Origin: Amoebophrya sp. A120
Taxonomy: Eukaryota; Protista; Dinoflagellata
NCBI GenBank assembly: GCA_905178155.1
Contig: CAJINV010000013.1
Span: 2,848,158 to 2,912,157, forward strand
Length of the DNA stretch: 64,000 nt
Reading direction: 5' to 3'
The notes under the pieces are model-generated. The model made no database searches. It was not told the DNA's origin and saw only the letters and a program-made list of their open reading frames with translations. Positions 35,009-47,548 of the stretch are shown piece by piece (within the stretch, counting starts at the first letter, position 1; the number at the start of each line of letters is the position of its first letter). The translations under genes and the position numbers were made by a program.

Positions 35009-38000
35009 TCAGATCTTGTCTCGCAGAGTGGATGCTCGCACACCCAAGAGCCTCAGTTCCAATTTCTTCTCTCCGACCGCGGGCAAAAATGCTCCTCCCC
35101 CGGTGCTGCTACTTCCACCGGCGAACAATCCGGTCAAGGCCGAAACCGCCTTACTGTTCTCCAGCGAGGGGGCAAAGAACTTTTCCAGAAACAGCGCCCT
35201 CGCGGTCTCCCGGATCTTCTCCGCCGCGTCTGTAAACTCTGCCAAAGTTTTCGACCGCTGCTCCACCTGAAAGTTGGTCCGCTTGATCTTCACCGTGATG
35301 CACTTTGCCTCCTTTTTTTTCGCAATCAGCTCTTTTGCAGTTTCGGCCGCTAGCTCTTCCAAAATCTCCAGTAGCTTCTCCTTGTTCGATGCGGTCGTGT
35401 TCTGGTCGGTTGCGGAACTATTTCTGCCCCCGATATTGTGACGAAAAATCCCCCCTCCCCATATTGAAAACGCATCCGTCTGGAAATTTGTGATGTCTGT
35501 CTTGCAAGAAGGCAAAGCTAGAGGGTCCGCCGCATTATGCAGGCGGTTTGTGGTGCTGTTGGGCTTACAGCGTGGACATTTGCCATGCTAGTCGCCTACG
35601 TCAAAACCTCGCGCCTCACGCTTGGCATACGCCTGCAATCCTCTCCAGCAAGACAGGCCGGATTTGTGTAGGCACATCCAGCGTCAGAAACTTCGTTTCG
35701 ATATGGGGAGGGGGGATTTTTCCCTCTGATACCCGAACGTGCTCTCGTGGCTGATGGACTGCTGCGGCTTTTCCTCGCGTACCTGGGGCAGCCCGTGACT
35801 GGCGAGCACCAGGAACTGCGCCGCCTTCTCGGTCATGGTGCCGAAAAGCAAGCCACGGTGGGTCCAGAGGTCCTGGATTTTGTGCAGCTCCAAGGCGTTC
35901 AAGATCTTTTCCGTCACCTTTCCCACCCCGGACAACTTCCGCACCGATTGCGCCCGCAGCCACTTCAGCATCTTGCGTTCCTCGGCGGGCACGGCGTACT
36001 GGCCGTTCGGTTTTTCCACGTCCGCGCCCATCTTGGCCAGCATGAAATTCTGCCCGGAAATGCCGGCGGACGCAGTCAGATGCAGCTGCGTCGCGATCTC
36101 CCCCCGGATCCTCCGCACCAGGTCACTCGCGTCCTATCACACAGAAAAAAACTGGCAGGTCATTTAATTTGTAATGCAAAAATAAATAGACAAAAAAAAA
36201 CGCATTGCATATCCTACATAGCCTGCTATGAGGCCTCCCATGACAGATTTTTCTGTGTATTTATTTTTGCATTACAAACATGCCCTGCAAGCTTTTTTCT
36301 GTGGGATACGTCCGCTAAGGTTTCCACACCCGCACCGTGGGACAGGTCCAGGTAAAACTCGTCCATCGACGGCACTTTGATAGCGTCCTCGGAGTATTGA
36401 AAGGAAACACGTTGTCCCACCAGCAGAAGACCGATGAAAAGCTTTCTTCGCAAATTTTTCACACGAAAGCTTTTCGTATTGTATGAAGAAAACAATACGG
36501 TGCGCTTTGTGTCAGAATCTCTGTTACAACGCAACTTCAACACGACGACAGCCATCGCTTACACAGGTGTGGCGCTGCGCAACACAGACTTTCGCTTCTT
36601 CGGGTTGAAAAGTTGTCGTGCTGACACGGACATGCAAGTGCAACGCGGCAACTGCTTCCATTGGGAAGTTTCGCAATACAAACACTTCCACATTGATTCA
36701 AGGGTGGGGGCAAGTTTCATTTTGATACGGAGAGAAATTGCTTCAAAATCTCGACCACCTGCTCCGACACTTTCTTGTACTTTTCCATGTTGTATGCATT
36801 GCGAATATGTCTGGTTCTGGAAGAATGCAAGGCCTCTCATGCACGAGGTTTCGCAGAAGGAGAAGCCGGGGCCGGAGGAAGGGAGAGCGCGAGCCTAGCA
36901 TCACAAGTTTTGAGCAGACTCCTCGATGCCTATTCTGCATGAGAAATGTTGCCGCTTCGTAACCGAAACTGGGCACTTTGGTTGGTTACGCAATACAGAT
37001 CTTTGTGTCGATCAGACCTGGCATGACAAACTCAAACCCTTCCAGAGCGACCCACACATGTTTGCAGTGAATACGTTGGGATGCACAAAGTGCAGCCCAA
37101 TATTTTGTCTTTTGCACAACTCCTTGCCGATGAAACCCGGCATGGCGGACCGCACGCCGTAGCGTCGGGCGACGTAGTTGCTGGTGGCAATCATGCCGAT
37201 GCCGCCCACCGCTACCGGTCTTTCGCGGAGGTCCGTGGGGTTCGCCTCGTCGTTCAGCGCGTCGCAATATCAATTGCAGATACGTCTGGGTCTCGAAAAC
37301 CTTGTGATGCGCGTTGCGGGTCACACAATCACAAAAATCTGTCTCGCATGACTTGCAAGAGATGCCCATTTTTGGCCGGGCTGAGAAATAAAACTCTCTC
37401 GTGCACCAGCATAGGCGTAATTATTGTCAAGGGGCTGCGGAAACTACGATGCCAAGGCCTGTAGTCCATATCCGGACAGACTGTGTGGAACAACTTGGAA
37501 GTAGTGCATGACAAGAAAGATCGCTATCTTCCAGACCCGGTTACTTGTATTTGCACTTGATACGCGAATCTCTACGGCGGCATAGAACATGTCCATATCC
37601 ATCACGGCGCAAAACTTTTTTTCCGCAGCTGTACCACTTGAGTTGTTTTTCCCGACGAGGCCACCGCCGCTGCCCGCTGCGCCGGTGCTGGAGTTTGTAT
37701 TGCTACTGTCCAGCAGCAACCTCTCGAGCATGGCGTTTTGCTTGAGAAAATTCTCCAAAAAGCTATCCGCTTCCCGCTGGAACTTTTGCAGCCGCGGAAG
37801 CTTCTGGTTCAGCAGCAAGTCCTCCACGCGCCGGATCTTCGCCGGCTTATTGTAGTCCTGCTTGTGGCTGCTGGTACTACTAGTTGTGCTGTCGGCGTTG
37901 AGCACAAAGTTGTCCGGGTGGTTTTTCAGTTCCGCTTTCAACTCACTTGCCAGCTGCACCTTTTTCTTCACCAACTCGTCCGATTTTGCGTCCAAAATCA

Positions 38001-40679
38001 AGGCGTGCTGCCGGTGCGCGCTGTTCTTGCTCATCTCTTCGATCACCTTTAGCTGCAGCTCTTTGTCATATTTTGCGTTCTTCTCGTTCGCAAAAACGTA
38101 CAGATGCTTGGTCGTGTTCTTGGACGCCGAAGATGTCATCACCTCCTGCTCCGGCGAAGGCGTTGCCTTTTTGGCTTCATCTCCCTGCGAAGAAGAAGAA
38201 GAAGAAGTCAACAGCGCTTGTTGTTTCTCTATTTCTCGCTGCCGAATCTGAGCGAGGGAAAACGCGTCGAGGGGGAGCTTGCTCTCCAAAGTAGCTTCAG
38301 AGCTCGGATCTGCTGGACAATTTTTACCGTTTGGAACTTTGTCCCCTTGAACTACTTCTACGCCCCCGGCGTTTGTTCTTGCGACGGGGTCGTCGTCGTC
38401 GTCCACGGCGGCCCCGTGGAAGTTGTGATGATGTTCATCTGCATAAAAATCGACTTCCCCGGCAGTGTTTTTTTCCTCTGCGATTCCATCGAGCTTGATC
38501 TTGTCCAACCCGATCACAGCCTCCCGAACCGCCAGCTTTTGCTTCTCCTCCTCCGCCAGCTCCGCCTCCACTTCGTTTCGCACCCTATTCGCGAGGGCGT
38601 ACCAAGGACGGACCATTTTCAGTCGGGCTGTAGTACTGGTGGACGTCGAAAGCAGCGTCGTGGACGTAGTTGCGTATTCATGTTTATCACCACTACCGGT
38701 GACTGGTTGTTCGTTCGCAGATACCAAAAGGAAAAATCTCCCCTCCCCATATCAAAACGAAATTTCCGATGCTAGACTTGGATACACAAATCAGATTTGT
38801 GTTGCAGTAGAGGACTGCACGCAGATCCTGAGCCGAGGTGGGGGCCTTTTGGTGTCGGCGCCTAGCATGGTGGACGACTACCCTGTAGGCCTTACAGCAT
38901 TACAAATCGCCTGCATAACGTGGCTGACACCCTGCGCGTCGCTTCTTGCAAGACAGACCCGATCTGTGGCCACAAATCTGCATCACAAATTTTCAGAAGG
39001 ATGCGTTTGCAATATGGGGGCAAGATTTTTCCCCACAATAGCAGAACAATTCTCCAACAAATCCTCGAAAAACTCCTCTATAGGATCGTCGCTAGCTACT
39101 GATCTGTATCAAAAGGAAAAATCCCCCCACCCCCTATCGAAATGGAAATCTGTGATGCGGGATTTGTGTACACAAATCGGCTCTGTCTTGCAGTAGAGGA
39201 CTGCAGACAGATACAAGGCCGGATTAGGGCTGTTTTGGCGTAGGCGCCTAGCAAGGTAGGGACATTCTCTGTAGGCCAGGCAGCACTACAAATTGCCTGC
39301 AGAACGCGGCGGGGTCTTTTCTTTGTCTTCTTGCAATACAGAGACGATTTGTAACCTCAAATCATCATCACAAATTTTGAGAAGTATCCCGCTCTGGCAT
39401 GGGGAGGGGGGATTTTTCCTCACAATAATCTGCTGCTCAACGTCATCCCACCCGCACCGGCTCTATTGCTGTTCTCCCCGGTCGTGTGTGTCGTTGTTCC
39501 ACCGCCGTCCAAAAACCGTGGCCGGGCGGCGCCGCCAAAGCCGCTGGTAGCAGAATGCAACCCGTAGTCTTTGTTGCTTTCAGAATCTACTGCCGAGGCT
39601 GTGGCTCCAGCAAGAATTATTCCTTCGCGGCTCTTTGCAAATCTGCCTGCAGCAGTCCCGGGATGGTACAACCTTGCACTTGATGCGGCAGCAGCATTAC
39701 TAATACTAGTGCTCCCGCCACCACGACCTCCGCCGGCTATTTCTCTACAGTTCGTACCGAGAAACCGCGGGTCCGCATCTAATTTTTCCTTGCACCCAAT
39801 ACTCGGCGGCACGACCGCCGTTTTTTTCCGGAACGCGCTCCGACTCGTCACGAACTCCTCGAAAGCCGCCTCGGCGTTGCGTTGCCTCGTCGCGGTGTCT
39901 TGCTGCTGCTCTTCTTTGGCTCTGGTTTTGGACGGACCCGCACCGCCCGCGACACCACCGTCGCGCAGATACCGCTTCGCCGGCGTCCGCGGAGAGGCGC
40001 CCGAGCTCCTTCTCTTCTGTTTCGCCGTACTGGTCTTGCTACTAACCGCAGGATGCTGAGGTTGAAATGGAAAATTTTGCATGCCTTCTGGCTTCTGCTG
40101 CTGAGCAAGAAGCGCCGCTGCGCCCGCGGACGCGGAGGCGAACTGGCCGCCGCCAAAGTTCATCTGGTTCAGACTCGCGAAATTGAAGCTGGTTTTGTTG
40201 AATTGCCCGGAGCTGCCGCTTGACTGCTGCTGTTGCAACGGTTCCGGCTGACCGGCATTGTTTCTCGACTGCTGGACTGTTCCAGTATAAAAGTTCTGCG
40301 GGGCGGGTTGCTGAAATCCAAACCCTTGTCCGAAGGTAGAAGTTGTAGCTGGATTGCCCCTAGCAAATGCGCTGGACGAAAAGCTGTTTTGCTGTCCGAA
40401 CACCGCGGAATTATTAAAACTAAATCCAGCGCCAAAAGCCCCGCCGAATGGTACCGCTGGGGATGTTGAACTACCAACGCCTTTTGGCACGGAAGGCGGA
40501 GCTCCTCCAAACACAGCCCCGGGCTCTTGTCCTGAAAATGGTGGCCGACCTCCGGGAACTGCAGTGCGTTCGGGGAAACTAGCCGCACCCGAAGCTGCAG
40601 CTGCGCTCGAGCCACTACTGAAGGCGGAGTTTCCTCCCAGGGAGGTCTTTTTCCCTTGCGCAGTGAACGAGGACTGCAT
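35009..40679 (-). CDS. POLK: Y-family DNA polymerase kappa (DinB) with a long low-complexity N-terminal extension; 7 introners
   Basis: Motifs [95 protein letters not shown]. Confidence 0.93.
35434..35731. mobile_element. Introner, family 2 (inverted relative to 15181-15505)
   Basis: TSD CCCGA/CCCGA; frame restored. Confidence 0.92.
36135..36308. mobile_element. Introner, family 7, with ~60-bp TIRs
   Basis: TSD CGTCC/CGTCC; removal gives LADASDLV. Confidence 0.92.
36395..36727. mobile_element. Introner (diverged TIRs)
   Basis: TSD CGGAG/CGGAG; removal gives [16 protein letters not shown]. Confidence 0.88.
36793..37073. mobile_element. Introner, family 1
   Basis: TSD TGTTG/CGTTG; removal gives HPN(M/V)EKYKK. 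Confidence 0.88.
37268..37562. mobile_element. Introner, family 1
   Basis: TSD CGCAA/CGCGA; removal gives VEIRDAL. Confidence 0.9.
38722..39040. mobile_element. Introner, family 2
   Basis: Ends TAC...ATA; TSD GCAGA/GCAGA. Confidence 0.9.
39107..39427. mobile_element. Introner, family 2
   Basis: TSD ATCTG/ATCTG; removal gives SSRSVASDD. Confidence 0.92.
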
Positions 40680-41849
40680 TTTTGTTTTTGAAAATGGTGA
40701 GTTGAAAACAAATTGACGTCCTCCACCGCGGGTCTTATGGGAGTAGAGGTGGTATGGGTATCTGTCGGCGCCGCATCTCAAATAAACATTCCTTAAAAGT
40801 AGAAGTGCAGCTGTAGTGTATTTCATAGGACCACGAAAAACAGCTCTATCGCTAAAAGCCAAAAATTGTACGCTTCCATCTGGTTTACGAGGCAGAGAAA
40901 CAGAAACATGAACAGAAAGCGCAGCTGCATGGCGCCATATCTATCTTTGTTGAAGTGGAAGCGAAGACTGAGCAGAAGTTGTAGTATGTGAAATTAGCTC
41001 TGGAAGACTACACACGACAGGAAGGAGGTCCTGAAAAAACGATTGTACGGCTCTCGACATCAAACGATCAAGGATTGGCTTTCGTGATGAATCGCCCTTG
41101 GCTTCTTATATCCAGGCTCTGATGTTTGATTTCACCCATTCGGACCCAGCTTCTCAATGTATCGAAGTAATATAGGCACATATTAGCGGATGCAAAGGAC
41201 AAAGAATGCTTTCTTTCAACGATTCTAGAAATAACGACTTGCGCTTGTTGTTTGCCTCGGACGATAAGCCACGGCGCCTTTTCGTGAGGTACTAAAAATG
41301 AAGTATTTTGGGCTTCCGAGTAGACACGCGGACAGAACACATCGGAGTCTTCATCGTAGGCGGTTGTGCACCAGAAGATTCCTACTTCGAATCTCTGCAG
41401 TCTACTCCGACGAATGCGTTTTGATGTGACGTTCGTTGAAATTTCAGCAAAAGTAGCTTTTCATGTCAACTACATGTTGGTTCGCGACGAGATCGCGACG
41501 AGGTCGTGGCTTCCCAGCAGGAACTACTTGTCTTCCCCATTTCACTTTTAGCTGCGAAAGTCGGCTGCCTTTGCGAAGTTCACGTGTTCTTTTTACCGTA
41601 TGATTTTTTGACCGTTAAAACTCAAAAAATTTCATCATAACTTCACAAAAAAACCACCTCGACATTCGCGTTTTTCTCGTTCGGTCCTTCCCAAAACCAG
41701 AAAACGAAAAAATTGCGGAACAGAAGAGGTATCTGTAACGAGGACTTGTGCACCCGGACAGTTCCTGAAAGTAATCCGGAGGCCACGACCCGACGTCGAC
41801 GACAATGGGGATAGAGTATGATAAACTGGCCCAGGCCCACAACACCCGG

Positions 41850-44800
41850 TTACAACTGCTCTCCCCCACCAGTCGCTTTTTCCCATTCCTCGGCACAGAC
41901 CTTGCGCAGATCCCGCGCCATTTGGTCCATTACCGGGTAAGACGCACGACACACCACCCGTCCGGCCAGGGAGGACTTGCCGACGCTGCCGCGCGGGTTC
42001 AAGTGGGACACGAGCAGCACGTCGGTGAGCGGCTCCGCGTCCGCGGACGTCGCGACAGGCGTCTGATAGTATAGTTTTGCCTTTGCGCGACAAGTTCTCA
42101 TATAAGCAAGTACAACATCTTCGACGTGATGATTTTGGCTCCACGCCTCGTAGCTCCTACACATTTTGATTTTCTACCTGGAAAAAAAATCACAATTTAC
42201 TCAAGAACGCAAAAAAAAAATGATCACTTATCAAACCGAATATAGTAGTACCGCAAACCAGCAGCTGCTGCTCAAATTTCCGAGCACGTGCTGCTTCACC
42301 GGGTCTGAGCTTGCCGGCTCGACCGACTTCGACAAAACCGCGAAGGTCCCGTCGTCGATTTCAAAGGGCCGGGTCGCGCACACGAAGATCCGGCTGGAGA
42401 CGAGAGAAAATCCGGCGTACACACCGGTTTTCACGAGCACAGGCCCGTTGGATTCCGAGTAGTGTTCTTCCAGTACCTGCGAGCCGATGCAGCTCCGGTC
42501 GATTTTCGGGTACAAAACCGGGTCCGCGAGCACCTTCTGGATGAACCGTGCGGGGTAGGGAAGCCGGATGTACACCAGCATCGACCGCCAAATCTTGTTG
42601 CACGGGTGCTCCACCGAGGAAATCACGATGTCGGTCAGGGCGTCAGAGTTGCTGGAAGAGTTATTGTTCTTTGTCTTGTTCGACGTCGTCCCACCTTTAT
42701 TTTTCATCGTCGACATGGGGATGGCGACCTGCCGGCCTAAATGAAACGTGGTCCGAAACAATTCCGCGATCAGTGAGTGGATTTGCATCGAGCTCGGCGA
42801 GATTTGCGCGTTCAAATCCAGAAACTGCTTTGCTCGCGACATCCAGGCTGATTTGATCACCCGGTCACCGGCTACATTCGTCCCTGTTGATGCGCCGCTC
42901 TCGTTCTCGAAGGCCAGCATGCGCCACGCACGCCAGATCTGCATGTTCAGCCGCATCACTGGCATGAAGGGCTCGCGCTCGCAGATCTTCGCCCGCGGAA
43001 CTTCGTGCTCCACTTGTTCCACGAGGAACGGGCTGGCGTCCTGCAAAATTTCCTCCAGGTTGAGAATTTTCTGACCACCCGGAGAAGATCTACTTTGGCT
43101 CGTCGAAGTAGCTGAATTATTTTTACAACCTTGGTTCATCATCCTGTGGTCCCGACCCGTTGTACTTCTAGATGCATTCGGTGAGCAAGTTGCTCCTCCT
43201 TCTTGCGGACTAGAAGATGTTGACACAACCGTCGTGGTTGTTTTGTTCAGCAATTTCACAACATTGTTCCCCGCACCACCGCCATTCGTCGAGTTGTTGC
43301 TGCTAATGTTATTTCCGTTAAACGAACACCGCGAAACCCGGTCGGAAAGTGCGTGCGGGGAGTAGAAGCTCGCGTCGGTCCAGCGGTCGCAGTTCACGAT
43401 CTTGTCCGGTGTGTCGTCGGTAGTTTGCTGCCCCCGCTCAAAGTTGCGTAGTTGTGCATCATCGGGGTCCAGGCTGTGGGAATGGCTGTTGTCCTTGCTG
43501 GTAGCGCGGCTGGTCGCCGCGCCGCTTGTGTGCTTGCTCGAAGCGTGGGCGGAAGTCGCTGTTGATGACGAGGAACCATTCATGACTCCAGTGTGGTAAG
43601 GTGAAGAAGTCTCTTGTGGTGGTTTGGAACATAAACTTTTGCCGCCGTACTTGTGAAGAGACGACGTGTGGCTATCGATATGCTCCTGCAGCGTAGTAGT
43701 TGTCCGACTACTGGACCGACTTTCATCTGGCACAACAAACTTTTGGAAATTATCGGTTTGGTACTGTTGGTGCCCCTGCGCCGCCTGCCCTGCTCTTTCT
43801 CTTTGAAGATGTTGACTGGCATTTTGACTTTTAGTACTGTTACCCCCTGCTGCAGACGTGCCAGATCTTGATCGGTGGACAAAACTGCCTGGCTCCCTTG
43901 CAGGAGCTGGCCACCCGTTCACCGAGGCGCTGCTCCAGTAGCTGCTGGCAGAGGTGGTGCTTTTGTGCACCAGCTTCTTATGATGATTGTTCACCCCCGG
44001 CTTCAGAGGCGTTCCTCGAGACAGCATATTTTGATCCTCGTCGGTACCACTGATCGGCTCGAAGCTCGCGACTTCGGCAGGCAGAATCGAGTGGATCTCG
44101 CCCTTGGCCTATCCGGTGTAAAACCGTGTTCACCTGCGCCCCAGAGTTAAGATCGCGGCTTTGCTACACAAATCAATAAGGCTTGGCTGTCCGGCATGAC
44201 AAGTTTAGAACTTCTCTACCGCAGTCGCCGGCAAGACAAATTTACGGCTCTAGTGCAGGCACATCGCAAATGTAGCTCCTCGTCCTGATTTGCTATAGAG
44301 CGTGACACAGTCCCAGACAGCAATCGAAAATATCCCTCCTGTGGCTTGCAGGGCAAGACAATCTGGTTACGCCACTTTCTTGCATGACAACTCTAGGGCG
44401 GGGACGAAGTTACAGAGGATATGATCCTGCTCAACCGGTACAGTGCGAGCCGGGACGCGATTTCGATCTGCCGCGATGACGTGAGGCAAATCGCGACCAG
44501 CCCCCAAAAAACCGTAAACGACGCATCGGAGGTAACCAAAATCACGATGGCCGCGGTATGGCACGCTCAGGCGGTACAATCTCAACTGTTGCAATGAAGT
44601 GAGTCTGAAGCTTGCTTTGCATGAAAAGCAGTAGGAACATGAACTACACGCACAGCCTCTTCCGCTTTTCGCAATACAAATCATGTCGCCGGATTTAGGT
44701 GCGTTCTGGAGATCCGGAACTTGCCATGTGCAATCCTGTGCAAATAGGCTAGATCCTGCACTTTTTGCATTACAGCTTTCCGTCTCTATTGTAACACTTG

Positions 44801-47548
44801 AGATCATTGTAACACCTGAGCAGGTGATACGCGGTGAAAACCAACGTGACCGCCTGTGGAAGCGGGATGCGGAGGAGCACCACGTAGAGCAGCAGCACAA
44901 ACGGCGTCACGAGCGGGTTCACGAATGCGCCGACGAGGAGATCTAATAACATGATACCCACCGCGACGTATTGCCGAACGAAAATCCATCGCGTGTAGGA
45001 GGAATGAGAGGAAAAGGTTGAGGCTGTATCGACGTCTCCGGAACAAGTTGTGCCGGGGGGTTTGGTAGTGCGGTGGTCGTTGCTATTCTTATCGTTGGTG
45101 GTCCTTCTTTTCTTCAAAGCTGACGCCTGCCTATTACGACTGCCGCTGTTGTCATCCTTGTTCACCTCGTTCGAGCGCATCAGACTCGCGTCAATCCCCA
45201 ACAGCGTGCCAAAAAACAGCACCCAGCACACGTGCCACCCGATGAAGTCGCTGGACTTGAGGCCACGCGCACGGGCGTATTCATACCTGATTAGAGTAAT
45301 GGGTTTTACTTTTTAAATATATCTTTGACATCTCATCTATTCTGTCGTAGCACACGGATGTGCTTCGCTCAAGTAATGTTGCGCTTGAGTGGTTCCGGCG
45401 CTTCGGTAGTGCTGGTGAGAGGCTTCTGAGCGCCTCCCTTAAGTAGTGCTTGGCACAAGTGGTGCCCTGCTTAAGTAGTGCAACGCTTAAGTGCTTCGCT
45501 TAAGTAGTACTGCGCTTATGTGCTTCCTTTAAGCGCGTCCCTCACGCGTTTCCCTTAAGCGTTTCGCTTAAGTGTGCTGCGCTTAAGCGTTTCGCTTAAG
45601 CGTTTCGCTTAAGCGTTTCGCTTAAGCGTTTCGCTTAAGCGTTTCGCGTAAGCGTTTCGCTTAAGCGTATTGCTTAAGCGTTTCGCTTCAGCGTTTCGCT
45701 TAAGTGCTTCACTGAAGCGTTTCGCAAGCGATCCCCGTAAGTGCCTCGCTTAAATGTTTCGCTTAAGTGGCGCGCTTCTAAAGTGCTGTGCTTAAGTGTT
45801 TCGCTTAAGTGCTCGCTTGCGTGGTGCCCCGTTTACATGTGCGGGCTTAAGTCTTTCGCCTAAGTAGTGCTGCGCTTAAGTGCTTCGCTTAAGTAGTGCC
45901 TTGCTTGGGTGCTACACTTAAACAATGCTGCGCTTAAGGCTTTCGCTTAAGTAGTGCTTCGGTTCTTGAGTGGTGCCGCGCTTGAGTGTTTGAGTGGTGC
46001 CCCGACTCAGGCTGAAGTGTTTCGCATGAGTGGCCCCCCGCTTAAGTGTTTCGCTTAGGTAGTGCTGCGTCTTTTGCTTCGGCGGCGCCCTGATTAGGTG
46101 CTGCGCTTAAGTAGTGCTGCGCACTACTTAAAGTAGTGCTGCGCTTAAGTAGTGCTGCGCTTAAGTAGTGCTGCGCTTAAGTAGTGCTGCGCTTAAGTAG
46201 TGCTGCACTTAAGTAGTGCTGCGCTTAAGTAGTGCTGCACTTAAGTAGTGCTGCGCTTAAGCAGTGCTGCGCTTAAGTAGTGCTGCGCTTAAGTAGTGCT
46301 GCGCTTAAGTAGTGCTGCTCTTAAGTAGTGCTGCACTTAAGTAGTGCTGCGCTTAAGCAGTGCTGCGCTTAAGTAGTGCTGCGCTTAAGTAGTGCTGCGC
46401 CCAAGTAACACCCCGCCTGAGTGCTTCGCCTACGCAGTGCTGCGCTCTTAAGCGCTTCAGTAGTGCTGCGCTCTTAAGCGCCTCAGTAGTACTGCGCTTC
46501 TTCTTGTCTTACGGCATTTTGCATCAAAAAAGGGTGCGTACTTACTAGAAAGTTTTTGACTGAAGAGTATGTTGAGTCCCTCGCGTACTTACCTCATGTC
46601 CAACTTCTCCAAGCTGGTGGTGTCGCCCCCGACCGCCAGCGCTAGCCACAGCACGATGTAGGCCGTGACGAGCGGCAGCAGACACAGTAACCAAAATTTC
46701 TGCTGTTCCCAGTAGTACTCAAAAAACTTCGCCTCGAGGTTCTGGTCGTAGAACGATAAGGTCCACGGCCGCATGACGGAGTTGCTGCTGGTGCAGGTGC
46801 CAGACGCGGTGTTGTTCGTCAACACCTGCGTGGTAAATTGCTGCACCATATTGCTCGCCGCCTTGCGGTTGCACAGCTTCTCGCTGCAAAAATTTTCTTC
46901 CTCGTCCTCCTTTTCTACCAACCTCTGTTTGATGCTGTTCTGGTACTGGGTACTATCGTTCATTGGCGTGCTACTTGTATAAAAATTCTCGCCGTCGTTG
47001 TAGTCTTGACTTTCATGATATTCGTAGTTCCCCATCGTGCCACCTCCATATGATCTCGAGGACTCGGGCTCAGCTTGGAATTGCTGGTGCGGGCGGAGAC
47101 CACGGGGGGCTTTTTTGTGCTGCTGTTGACTCTGCATGTAGAAGTCGCTACCTCCCGAAGTTGCAGGTTGCTGGTGACCCCCTCCTGCATCGTGCGCCGC
47201 GGCGCTGGTATTTGAAGCACTGGAATTCGTGGCCTTGGTCGAGCTCACGCGAGACGAAGACTTCGAGGAGGTTTTGTGCACGTCACTCGTTGAGACGGTG
47301 GACGAACCCTGTTGGCCAAATGTTGTGCCAGCTGCGCGGTCTGCAAACTGCTCTCCCTGGCGATCTTCCGATAAACCCGAATGATGTGGTGGATCTGGAT
47401 GGTCTATGCTGATGGCGATGGAGTCAAAGTCTGAATTGTTACGATTGCGGCCCCCGCCTGGCGTAGTAGTTCCCGTTGACACTGCAATCAGGTCGGTACG
47501 AACGCTGCTCGGCACGCCCACCGCGTCACGCAGCTCGTCGCGATTCAT
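41850..47548 (-). CDS. Multi-pass membrane protein with nucleotide-cyclase-like anchor and C-terminal START lipid-binding domain
   Basis: GT-AG introns 45287-46592 and 42063-42251 and introner 44110-44421 join in frame; 'WTLSFYDQNLEAKF', 'HSILPAEVA'; START-like 'VSSRIFVCATR...FAVLSKSVE...LVSHLNPRG'; frame across 44422-44816 unresolved. Confidence 0.6.
44110..44421. mobile_element. Degenerate introner, family 4
   Basis: Ends TAT...ATA; TSD TGGCC/TGATC; removal gives SRIKGEIHSILP. Confidence 0.75.
44587..44814. mobile_element. Possible degenerate introner, family 3-like
   Basis: TIR TGTTGCAATGA/TCATTGTAACA; no TSD. Confidence 0.45.
45360..46500. repeat. Intronic satellite of 13-bp (CGCTTAAGCGTTT) and 16-bp (GCGCTTAAGTAGTGCT) units
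   Basis: Near-perfect runs at ~45580-45700 and ~46130-46400 with degenerate flanks. Confidence 0.95.

Noticed and set aside
44556-44586. In-frame TGA suggesting stop readthrough or recoding
   Set aside because: Single instance; an alternative splice site or a homopolymer error explains it, and other genes here use TGA as a stop.
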